Origin: an uncultured virus (IMG/VR IMGVR_UViG_3300043568_000079)
Lineage: Duplodnaviria > Heunggongvirae > Uroviricota > Caudoviricetes
Virus record (IMG/VR): IMGVR_UViG_3300043568_000079
Location: 1 to 64,000 of that record
Strand: one strand, 5' to 3'
DNA: 64,000 nt
Shown: positions 40,101 through 46,416 of the stretch, one piece after another
Layout: every line of letters begins with the position of its first letter
Position numbering within the stretch: position 1 is the first letter of the stretch
Position numbers and translations under genes: made by a program
The notes under the pieces: generated by a model
Database searches by the model: none
Told to the model about the DNA's origin: nothing
Seen by the model: the letters and a program-made list of their open reading frames with translations, nothing else

Positions 40101-42370
40101 GTGTTATCAGCACCATAAGGAAGCATATCTGATCTATAGTATGCAGACTTATTGTCTTTATGGTTGTTGATAAGTTTTAAAACATAGTCAAGCGCATCAG
40201 CAGGTGTTAGTTGACTGTCAACTGAAACTGACAATCTTAACAGATTCATCTTAAACTGATTATACTGTTCTGCACCAAATCGCAATGCATCTACGACATT
40301 GTGTTCTTTTTTACCCAAGAACATCATAGCAAATGCAATAGGATTAGAGTTAATAACTAATCTTGTTCCGTATTTTGTATAATCTGAAACATCTCTTAAA
40401 TTGCTAGTTCCAGGAAATTTTCCCGTGAACTCAGCTGCAGACGAAACCATAGTTGACAAGTGGTCTTCCAACTCACTCAATGTCATGTCTGAAACATCGC
40501 TGTTTAGCGGATTGTTTGTTAAACTTAGAGGAGTTTCATAATAACCATTTTCGTTAGGTGTTTGTTCAGTAGTAATTTTTAATTGAACAACATCGTTAAC
40601 CGAAAGAGTTCTATTAAATGTAACAGAAATATCACTGCCTGTATTAACTGTGGATGTAGTTTGTACATTGTTGATATAGGAAACAATTGATGAAGGTGTG
40701 CTATATGGTCTATCTAAAGAAGTTATAAAAATTGTATTGGTGTTTTCTTCAACTACCTGTGTTTCAATAATAGGTATTTGATATGACTCAGCATTTTTCC
40801 AAACATTAACCAATGATGTTGTTCCGTCTGCATTATTAGATTTAATATATCCAATACCAGTTTTAACAAAAGAACTTACATTATCTACAGTTGAAGAAAT
40901 TACATCTGTCATGAAATAGTTACTAAACAGATAACTACCTATTCCTACACTATTTTGATATCGAAGTGCAAATCCTAGAACAGAATCAGGTGTACCTGTT
41001 CCTACAGCATAACCAAATAATTTACTTCCTGCAAAGTCATTTATATTTGCAGACTGTGTATAACTAACGCCGTCTGCGTCAAACAAGTCAAACAGGGGGG
41101 CTTGATTTAAAACTGTTCGTTGCTGAGATAATACCCACACTTGTTGGGATGTAGAATAGTAAAAACTCTTTCCTGAATTAACTATTCCGTAATTAACTGA
41201 GATAGAATTTAAGTCTTCAAGGGTATCTACTAATGTTAGATGTAAAACAGGAGATTCACTATTTGTATAAGCTACCTGATAAATTTTTCCTCTAACATTT
41301 TCATTTAAGTCAGCATTAAAGATAATCCGTTGCCCGTGTTCAAGCAATACGCCATCAATGTAGTAACCAAAAGACCCGTCTACTGTTTCAAATGCATTTT
41401 GTGTATCTGTATCAATTAAGTCAATATTTTGAATACCGGTTACACCAAAGTTATAAAGTTGCAGGTTAGGCTTAAATTCTACAATAGGTCTTTTTGCTTT
41501 AGCAGTTACTGGATATAATGCTGTTTGATTATTAATCTCAGCAGTAACTCTAATAACTTCTTTGTGCGTCCATCTATTGTAACGAGACCAAGGATTTAAA
41601 TCTTGACTAGATTTATTGATTGTGATATATTCAGGAGTTATAGGAAGTTTTTTATCTCCATCAAACGGAAAATCATCAAACACTGTACTGTCAAAAGTTT
41701 CGTTATATCCTTGTGCTAGGGATTCGTTAACTTCTAACTTGTCAAAATCAACCAACTTGATTGCTTCGCCGACGCCTTCAACAATATATTCCTTACCTTG
41801 AATAATAGTTCCTGTTGTGCCAACTGTGGAAGTAGAGAATACCAACTTCATACCATTAGACACACTATAACCATTATCCATTAGATAATTAGGTTGACCT
41901 AACATTGATACTACTAGATTAGTTCCAGTATTATCAATTAAAATAGGTTCTGGTCCTGTAGGTAACCAGTAATATTCACTGTAATTAACTAACTTGTCCC
42001 AATCTATTAACGGATCGTAAGAATAAAAATTAGATCTAAAAAGTCTGTCTAAGTCTTCAGTACGGCCACCCTGAATAGAAAGTTCGTTAATAATATCATC
42101 ATACCCAATGACATCGGTAATATTAGAAATAGAATCTCTTAAAACTAATGCAGGTTCTAACTGATAATTTTTACGAAGAGGCAAATCTTCTTTTAGATAA
42201 ACATCATTTGCCGGATCATAGTTAGGAGTAACTTTAGACCCTATAAATCCATCAATCCTCTCTAACTGTGGAGTTTGAATTAATTGATCAATAGTACTAG
42301 ATAAAAATTTATCGTTCTTATTTGATCTTAAGTATTCCGGTAATAAATTTACTGATTTTTTATCCGCCAT
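28172..42370 (-). CDS. Giant 4732-aa virion structural protein (baseplate wedge gp7-like position)
   Basis: Uninterrupted 14.2-kb ORF right after gp6; FG-GAP-like repeats (FGYS...GAP) and GxGYxxxPxV Ig-like repeats. Confidence 0.8.
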   Translation of the reverse strand: MADKKSVNLLPEYLRSNKNDKFLSSTIDQLIQTPQLERIDGFIGSKVTPNYDPANDVYLKEDLPLRKNYQLEPALVLRDSISNITDVIGYDDIINELSIQGGRTEDLDRLFRSNFYSYDPLIDWDKLVNYSEYYWLPTGPEPILIDNTGTNLVVSMLGQPNYLMDNGYSVSNGMKLVFSTSTVGTTGTIIQGKEYIVEGVGEAIKLVDFDKLEVNESLAQGYNETFDSTVFDDFPFDGDKKLPITPEYITINKSSQDLNPWSRYNRWTHKEVIRVTAEINNQTALYPVTAKAKRPIVEFKPNLQLYNFGVTGIQNIDLIDTDTQNAFETVDGSFGYYIDGVLLEHGQRIIFNADLNENVRGKIYQVAYTNSESPVLHLTLVDTLEDLNSISVNYGIVNSGKSFYYSTSQQVWVLSQQRTVLNQAPLFDLFDADGVSYTQSANINDFAGSKLFGYAVGTGTPDSVLGFALRYQNSVGIGSYLFSNYFMTDVISSTVDNVSSFVKTGIGYIKSNNADGTTSLVNVWKNAESYQIPIIETQVVEENTNTIFITSLDRPYSTPSSIVSYINNVQTTSTVNTGSDISVTFNRTLSVNDVVQLKITTEQTPNENGYYETPLSLTNNPLNSDVSDMTLSELEDHLSTMVSSAAEFTGKFPGTSNLRDVSDYTKYGTRLVINSNPIAFAMMFLGKKEHNVVDALRFGAEQYNQFKMNLLRLSVSVDSQLTPADALDYVLKLINNHKDNKSAYYRSDMLPYGADNTVKEYTVGIIPSYVYPLGIEFDPTILSFKSILIYLNDVQLIYGKDYEIDSIDGTVTVISSLVKDDVIKIVTYLDTLGCFVPPTPSKLGLYPKYEPELYIDTSYTSGNVSMIRGHDGSVMQAYGDYRDEIILEFEKRVYNNIKVIYNTEIFDVKSTIPGAFRNSKYTLDDANRILRKDYMRWAGMYNVDVSANSTFDENNSFTWNYKGSIDSVFFNTVPGYWRGIYQYFYDTDRPHSHPWEMLGFTTKPTWWAIEYGPAPYTSSNTLMWTDLKNGYVRGTGTYKTEYARSQLLTIIPVDTSGNLKAPDQFLVSENAYSDKKFTWAFGDRNPAETAWHRSSYWPFAVNAMAALLEPCNYTSSMYDVSRTTFNQSNQLVYAGDLYLNPKKLLVEGDYQISGVGSLIIEKGKQTDLGYVAKFQQDLSYLDFNLFHKLGGFASKEKLQIIIDSIDPVSTSQGAVLPPEDCAFILNISNPVKSANISGIIVQKSNGKFVVKGYDRSNPYFEILKPIKTATSGAVTVGGVSSPFTEWTSVTNNGTTGISETDLTSVETNTSRYYKQGQIVRYNSRFYRVKIGHVATSTFDETYFQQMSSLPMTGGATAQQATKFETAVTEVPYGTEYNTIQEVYDLIVGYGAYLEKQGFLFDQYSTDLKEILDWQFTGKEFLFWTTQNWADGNLITLSPFANTLRYKFVDSIVDNIASGNYEYSLLKADGKSFPISNFNLSRQDGVCTINTLNTEEGIFFATLNSVQKEHAIVFNNTTIFNDTIYDIESGYRQRRVKITGFRTANWNGDLFSPGFIYDAVEISDWKSFGIYLPGKVVRYNGAYYESSVRVNGDETFDFNKWVKLSNKPTPDLLPNFDYKINQFEDFYSLDIDNFDYGQQQLAQHLIGYTPRTYLNNIFTNATAQYKFYQGFIREKGTRNAIDKIVKAGTFARKGDVSFNEDWAFRVGHFGGFETYKEIEFKLEEGTAIENPYVVKFISEMPSNASNLINYTSSTNLLISPSGYNPAQTFKVYNSTGYEDTNIDLTTVGYVRLDDVTSTAYNKNSLLDIANNSSIQEGDTIWMGFLENGDWDVYRYSRQTAKVSGVYVSAPATAITFTTDIHHSLAVGDIVSVVKFNDQVNGVYIVTEIPELNQFTVASGLTTIVNDDLLAFGALFKFDDVRYQNFEELKNVPDLRKLKTGEKIWIDNAPDKWAVYQKIKNYDTGIGINSSASPIAQQLGFSIYASDDIPLVIVSAPTWDFPSYDSTGRVSVLEKNRLTLDKQFEYIMNSNDKIYCDVSLSTGFGYSLNYDNSKELIFTGAPEATNVRSTGTSAILFSTGSGYAKSFVSEGLVKISSKRPLVNEEITQKVLVRPNYNDTVTYSTSSYARFGHSIYLNQVVSTSSSTLLVSAPGDGVNNTGTGHVYAYYLSTTTSATNLVSITQHLSSNLEDGISLRPEGITQNSQMQWGHKIAGDYAGKFIAISAPGYTTSSTSGIVQIFDNSLNWKQTIVSPFGTTDIFGDDVYVSASGKFMFISSVNTKLIGEGFGKVAVYTATNLTSTGTYILRQVIDNPVLTNDLKFGQAISLSKNETVLTVSSLGKNRSKIYGFDEGTRFGETTFDQGTTRFISPISDAGAVYVYNNLGDYFIQAEELNDADFIEGSRYGTSVVATNDAVYVGAPWYVSASEADGSTFFQFNKIDNTKNSWSLLREQPDLVEIDTVKRIVLIDSVNEEVIEYLDVIDPLKGKIAGIAEQELKYKSASDPATYSIGTIGTINDSETNWIDEHVGELWWDLSTAKYVWYEQGDDIFRKNNWGKLFPGATIDVYEWVKSNLLPTEWASQADTSEGLTNGISGQPKYPDNSIVSVKQVWNTVTNSFENVFFFWVKNKVLIPDAKNRRISAYQVSSLIADPVSNGLKFAEILSSDSVAFANIQPMLIGNYINANISTDEIKNSIPRHTEWLLLEEGSASSMPNTMLNKKLFDSLLGRDALGNLVPDINLSYRNKYGIGIRPQQTLFKDRLQALRNIVEFANSVLIDSRITGNYSFSNLERKEEIPDALDREYDLIVEDLEELTEVDTSTFKQAYIECFTLNGKVISAVVTDPGFGYALPPKVNVNATTGIGAVIETEIDVNGRVINAVVTAPGSNYVEESPVVVVRPHTVIVQVNTEYGNRWTKHIYDYLYKTWLRIKTQTYNTPLYWKYADWVKSTYDGFKDYKYVVNDTYEVATLNDTVPGDYVKIKNAGDGNYIILEKLTDTEIGDFSTSYDIIYRQNGTVQILDTIWNYSDSNYAYDVATLEETLYDQIPDLELFYILTALKDDIFVRDLKINWNLLFFKAVKYALTEQKLLDWAFKTSFINVKNNIGSLDQRSVYQLENEQYFEDYIKEVKPYRTKIRSYTSIYNNNVDQGSVYLTDFDLPSYYNSSTGKFEVVQLGNTLLDEYPRKSWNDNYKYYVKSIEVGNKGAGYTQRPNVQITTALGDSGAGAKAEAYIRNGELYKVLVTHPGSGYVTPPLVTITGGGQYVTSTATVSVVMGNDTIRKNTVGIKFDRVGTGYELGDTTVTETFVCSGDANKFVLSWLAEPNKSNITPLVDGKLVLATDYTIEYYTETYNNYTKKYSRFVFLNYVPGEGQIFKITYNKNINLYTAVDRIHNYYEPTDSMPGLELPLLMSGAEFGETQLQGLRFDYSPPWGHGAYDNNSAWSDLTDYYASAKLVADALYNTGTLVLSTTEGISPGQKIILTNTALNYLRTDTVVVSVNTGANSIEVSNYEFQIKRVWSDSLTTRGTLVFYTVEDFGGDIRVGDYAEIWGINGGEGGTLTGFDGRYQVTGVGTDRFTAIGTGTHWSSVLSTSTVRSAPAGTTVRIPSMLRDYEVTSTYKIYSFADDIINTTTVYYDTLISIQDVSTSSVYLDYSTLPLQTSSLAEYVETTATSSGTLALTIRGLGLSGHHIDVDIYGYPKLEFWKDNFNVNGVDTELTAGSWDSAGNFVGALGVNPTDLTVNGSGFLNAQLGYAPEEHVKGQTFDSVSINVYTQENNSSPLVISGAVPVVSGRVSVTTLPHPVTESVGVQVEYKGLIFDRLDTPPDPGTIGPYFSSSLATPIGVSGAPIGASAGDDEFTGPYSLGFNWNMFGTVYTEVYVGTNGYVTFGGGDTEYTPLNIDALENPSIMVMFCDLWQAIGESGQLLENGQLPGLWFDTGTISGTTTQFNYWRLRFQGSHYQKRDEPGVLPAYQYELGLYSDGVNQYVEMIYENTWREYDPLNASSSVPNGGFITGISNQNGANAVQVPYTSIQNNTSHVFYSTSEGGNWQYAGQGSFDPNKEPYNFTARNQFFIYDRTLYIAPQTTTGRAGYTLMTMGGDYLLDSNLVSVSDQSSVLIPSLASIDDVRSVYVTVNGTQIFETLSTSSYGYMVSPTGIENNRAAVTVYNIPAGTNVIQAWFFETNYPEFNGVWTEYFNITTTTTVLNLTKPIANIEPISAQVLVEYEALAGAGRRRLSPPDVTYYKFDGTQLTFNIDNKPRPSGTYSIETVHVYLNGFLLRSGFDYTLSVSNSTITFPTGLLVNGDAIAIESLIDYDYIVSGNTVILSTPLTSGSVKVTTFTDHDGMLIRTERFSGNSMRRFTLSLPVISAEYVWVYVDGAPLIPGYDFGLLPDQRTIQLSEWIFVNTSNDIMITSINSPLRNNVTLGYRIFKDIFDRTSYTRLSDFYSTRLTKELTLTDTEIHVEDSSRLIPPNPIRNIPGVVFVDSERIEFFEKASNTLSNLRRSTHGTAPALFSEVGTKLMDQSTQQQVPYSDVIKKQYHITTSTTNARVLSTVTNSFNTYTFVISTSSYSTDVGPYQFVCDGITLSTSTDATNQVTIKYGGRTLRKTSTLVHDSRRAYDTTSTSLVTLDSEFTVVYNSLTNNHELKLNIEGFVSGVRLEIEQRTGQFWQPIEEVSANEWVIKSSLLTAVTPQAMFIQQKTTELPDYYYYGGDPTLTDNNNFELTDDNNNPIEGY

Positions 42371-42371
42371 T

Positions 42372-45300
42372 TCATGTTCCGCTAGTTGTTACGATTGAAG
42401 ATGATGCTTTCAATTGTGATGCTGTGATGCCGTCGATAATTTCAATGTCATTAATAGTTACGCCGCTGATAAAAATTTCATCAGACTGACATGCAACTTC
42501 GTATAGACTTCCAAAACTAGTATCATTTTTTGGTACAATTACAAAGTTACTAATATCAGGTGTCAAGCTGTTCATGACATACGCAGACAATTCACTAAAA
42601 TAAAACGTTTGACCAAATTCCCAGTTTTCTAAAGCAAAAAATTCATTGATTGCTGTTAATATTCTTGTTTTAATATCATTGTCTGTAGTTGCTTTATTAG
42701 AATTCTTAACAGCTTTAAAAACTGCCCGTAAATTAGAATCTGCTTTACTACCAAACAATACTTTATATTTTACAGGGTGAAAAATAATTTCATCGCTGAT
42801 TGCCTTAATAGGTTCTAATTTTTCTCTATAATTTTGTTCTAGACTTTGACTTGTAGGAGCAAACGGTTCTCTAGTTGTGTTTCCTGCAATCCAACTTCTA
42901 AACTCATTATCATATGACAATGTTAAAACATACACGTCAATTAAATTTGTCTTGCTAGGATCAATTCTTTTTTCATCACCGCTATTATGTACATACTGGA
43001 ATTTTAAATCAGAGCGGCCAACTCTTCCATAGTATTCGTCTGTGAATAAAAGAGAGTTAGTCCCCGAAGACCAGTACTTAACTACATCTTCGTCTGGTGA
43101 ATAGAAATAAAACAAATCGCCGTTTTCAATAGGTTGGTTTAATTGTAACTGATTATATTTGTAAGTATTCCAACTTGTTTCAGATTCGATTGAATCTCTA
43201 ATATCAGTTGACAGATTGTATCTTAGCCCGTCTGCTTGTTTTTTAAAATAGATATAATTATCGCCAACAAGTTTTGTAAATGCTTCCGGATCTGCTATAT
43301 AACCAGTATTATTATAATCATAAAAACTAACACGAACTTTTTTAGGATCGACATAACCGTCTGACTCTATAACAGCTCCGTCAATTTGCCATGAGTAATC
43401 TAAACCTAACTGTCCCGAAATGTTAGAACTTTGACTCCAAATTCCAGATTCATTTTTAAAGATTTTATTAGTTGCAGTGTTTAGATAAAAGTCGCCCGAA
43501 CTACCTATTGATGATGTAGGATTGGATCCGCCACCGTACCACGTAACTGATTCAACGGGTTGAGTATTAACTGACAACACATCAATTTTATCTTTAATAA
43601 CAGTATTAGATACAAAATCGTAGTTAACTGACGTATCGTCTATGAAAAACCCTGTTTCATTTTCACTTTCAAAAATGTGATTTAATGTTCTAAACTTAAC
43701 TCTATATTTCTTTCCTGTCCAAATAAATGCAATAATCCAGCTAGAGTCTAATCCTAGATCTTCGACATTATTTTGTGTTGCAAGATTAAATGCATTCGTT
43801 GTATTCAAATTTGAATTTAAGATGATGCTCCAGGTTCTTGAACCTGCATCAATAGTTAGACCAAAATTTCTCTGCGTCATGCAAATGTTTGCAATTTCAT
43901 TTTCGATAGAAAAACTTAAAATACTACTGTATTTCGGAAGAACTTCAACAGGTATAGCACTCAAGGCCACTGTTCCGTTTCCAGGAACCCGTGTTGAGAA
44001 AATAACAGGACCTGTTCCGTCATCCAGTGTGCCCGATCCTGAATTAGCACCATCACCTATAACTTGACTAACTCCTGCCCAGAAATAAGTTTTTCCATTT
44101 GTAGGAATTACATTGTTAGCAGGAATAGATTTTAAATTATTGTTTTCGTCAAAGTATTTTTCAGATGGTGCAACAAATTTTACAGATGCTCCTGCTTCAA
44201 CATATTTTAAATTGCTGTCTGAATACAAACCAACAGACTGAGGGCCAGATGAATTTTTAAAATAACCTCTGCTTTGTCCAGGTGTTTTATTAACTTCAAC
44301 CCATGTCAAACTTAGAGAAGTTATACTTGCTCTTTCATAGTTGTCAAAGTAAAAAGATCTTAAATTAGGTTGTGCAACAATAGGTGCTAACTGATTTTTA
44401 ATAACCGATAGCACTTGATTTCTACTAGAAAACTCAAATTCAAAAAATTCTTCTTTTAGTTCTTTATATAATAAACCGTCAGTGGCAAAAATATTTGTAT
44501 TACTATAACGTCCGCTAACATCTGCAATATCAAAATATTTGCTTAGTCCACTTGAAATTCTATTGATACTCTTAACTTTAAGAATATCAGATCCTGCGGT
44601 TAAAGGCCCGATGTTATAATCTTCGCCTGTGATCATTCTATTTTGAAGATAGTATGCTTGAGGCGCCTTTGTTTGTATGCTAGAATTTGACTCTGGTCCG
44701 GCACTATTTGTAACAGTGTACTGCAAACTCATAGTAACTTGCAGAGTATGGCTTTGACCCGAAGCACTAACATAAGGAATTGAAATAACAACTCCGCTCA
44801 TTTGCTCAGGTTTAACAACATAATTAAGACCGTTACTCTGTCTATAAAATAGTCTAAAGTCACCCTTGGGTAAGTCTCCGAATACTCCGTCGGCAAAGTT
44901 TAAATCAATCTGATCTTCATCTCTTGTAGATATAGCGTATATAGTTCTTAGATCTTGATTCAAACTGTTATAAACAACATTGTTGCCTATTAAGCTAGGA
45001 ACACCAGTCCATAATGTATCAAATCCACCATTCTTATCTAATTGCCATAACCAAACATCAGTGTTGTTAATGTCGGGTGTATTGACTCCTACAATTTCGT
45101 TAGGAACAGGATTATCAAGGCCGAATTTAGCCATGCTTAGTGTACCTTGACGGAAGTGAGCAAAGAATCCTGTGTTTACACTGGATGATCCTTGATTATC
45201 ATTTTTATAAATGATGCTAAAGGCACCTGCTGGTTCCGGAGCTTCTTCATAGATGTATGTTTTTCGCGAGAATGTACAGGGTACAATCTCGAAACTCATA

Positions 45301-45917
45301 GGCGTGCCGTTGATGTTTTTGCTAAAATTATAGATAGGAACATCTGTGTTTGCACTATTGATACGATACTGTTCTGTGCTAATACCGCTGATTGTATCTC
45401 TATCTGCTGGATTTCCAAAATTAGAAGTCATAGCAGAGTTCATAATATTAATGAACTGCTGGTACCAGTCTGGGTTAGTAGGATCGTTCCAACCTATTGT
45501 AGTGTTTGCTAAATTTGTACCGTTAGAATCATAAACATTGTCGGATGTTTGTACCGCAGTTACTTTTAAGAAGCCGTTAGCAGGCATATTTCTTGCAGGA
45601 TTATAACTAACCAATTGAGCTAAACGTAGAATACTATCTCGGCGCTGTGCAGTTTCTAAGAAGTTTTCACGAGCATTTAAATCAATGCGGAAACTTAGAT
45701 TCTGACCTAGATAAGCAATGAGATCGATAAGAGCAACGTACTCACTGCTGTCAATAAAATCGTTAAATTCTTCAGGATAATTTTCCTGAAGATAAGAAAT
45801 CATAGTGCGGCGGAGTGTTTCAAAATCGTAACTTTTGAAGTCAGCGTTTCTGAAAGACTGGTAGATTTTTTTCCAATCTTCACTTACTAATATTTTTGAA
45901 TTTGTTGCTGGAATCAT
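42372..45917 (-). CDS. Baseplate wedge subunit (T4 gp6-like)
   Basis: DFKSYDFETLR, FNDFIDSS, ENFLETAQRRDSILRLA..YNP, FADGVFG, QNRMITGEDY. Confidence 0.88.
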   Translation of the reverse strand: MIPATNSKILVSEDWKKIYQSFRNADFKSYDFETLRRTMISYLQENYPEEFNDFIDSSEYVALIDLIAYLGQNLSFRIDLNARENFLETAQRRDSILRLAQLVSYNPARNMPANGFLKVTAVQTSDNVYDSNGTNLANTTIGWNDPTNPDWYQQFINIMNSAMTSNFGNPADRDTISGISTEQYRINSANTDVPIYNFSKNINGTPMSFEIVPCTFSRKTYIYEEAPEPAGAFSIIYKNDNQGSSSVNTGFFAHFRQGTLSMAKFGLDNPVPNEIVGVNTPDINNTDVWLWQLDKNGGFDTLWTGVPSLIGNNVVYNSLNQDLRTIYAISTRDEDQIDLNFADGVFGDLPKGDFRLFYRQSNGLNYVVKPEQMSGVVISIPYVSASGQSHTLQVTMSLQYTVTNSAGPESNSSIQTKAPQAYYLQNRMITGEDYNIGPLTAGSDILKVKSINRISSGLSKYFDIADVSGRYSNTNIFATDGLLYKELKEEFFEFEFSSRNQVLSVIKNQLAPIVAQPNLRSFYFDNYERASITSLSLTWVEVNKTPGQSRGYFKNSSGPQSVGLYSDSNLKYVEAGASVKFVAPSEKYFDENNNLKSIPANNVIPTNGKTYFWAGVSQVIGDGANSGSGTLDDGTGPVIFSTRVPGNGTVALSAIPVEVLPKYSSILSFSIENEIANICMTQRNFGLTIDAGSRTWSIILNSNLNTTNAFNLATQNNVEDLGLDSSWIIAFIWTGKKYRVKFRTLNHIFESENETGFFIDDTSVNYDFVSNTVIKDKIDVLSVNTQPVESVTWYGGGSNPTSSIGSSGDFYLNTATNKIFKNESGIWSQSSNISGQLGLDYSWQIDGAVIESDGYVDPKKVRVSFYDYNNTGYIADPEAFTKLVGDNYIYFKKQADGLRYNLSTDIRDSIESETSWNTYKYNQLQLNQPIENGDLFYFYSPDEDVVKYWSSGTNSLLFTDEYYGRVGRSDLKFQYVHNSGDEKRIDPSKTNLIDVYVLTLSYDNEFRSWIAGNTTREPFAPTSQSLEQNYREKLEPIKAISDEIIFHPVKYKVLFGSKADSNLRAVFKAVKNSNKATTDNDIKTRILTAINEFFALENWEFGQTFYFSELSAYVMNSLTPDISNFVIVPKNDTSFGSLYEVACQSDEIFISGVTINDIEIIDGITASQLKASSSIVTTSGT

Positions 45918-45938
45918 GATTTTTACTATTCGATACCG

Positions 45939-45946
45939 TATTTATT
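45939..45946 (-). promoter_or_regulatory. Late-type promoter AATAAATA
   Basis: In the 49-bp gap upstream of gp6. Confidence 0.5.
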
Positions 45947-45966
45947 TGAAAAATTATCAGGGTATA

Positions 45967-46404
45967 TTATTGTGCTGTTAGCCCTAGCTTCTGATCAAAC
46001 ACTAACTTCATCGTAGTTGATTCGTCTGTGTTCCTCATGGCTAAAGTAATTTCAACAAGATACCCCTGCTCATATTCACTGATATCTATCTGAATTGGAT
46101 AAGCTCTAGGATCAAAGCTACAGATAGCCTCTATGTCTTGTTGTAATAGTTCTCTGACGTGTTCGGTTAACGGTTCCATTATTAAGTCCCAGACAATGGT
46201 TCCGAACGTAGGATTCATAACCCTACTTCCTTTACGTGTGTTAAAATGATTTAAGATGTCTTGTTTGATTAAATCAAAGTCGTACAACTTAGATCCGTAG
46301 TTTGTAGAATCTACCGTACTGAAGCCGCGATAAAACTGACTTAGTCGGTTAGTATGCTGACTATTGTAATTAGAAACGTTAATTTCAAGGTTCTTGTAAG
46401 GCAT
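45967..46404 (-). CDS. Baseplate wedge protein (gp25-like)
   Basis: LIKQDILNHFNTRKGSRVMNPTFG...EP...DPR. Confidence 0.88.
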   Translation of the reverse strand: MPYKNLEINVSNYNSQHTNRLSQFYRGFSTVDSTNYGSKLYDFDLIKQDILNHFNTRKGSRVMNPTFGTIVWDLIMEPLTEHVRELLQQDIEAICSFDPRAYPIQIDISEYEQGYLVEITLAMRNTDESTTMKLVFDQKLGLTAQ

Positions 46405-46408
46405 ACTA

Positions 46409-46416
46409 TATTTATT
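46409..46416 (-). promoter_or_regulatory. Late-type promoter AATAAATA
   Basis: 4 nt upstream of ATG 46404. Confidence 0.5.
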
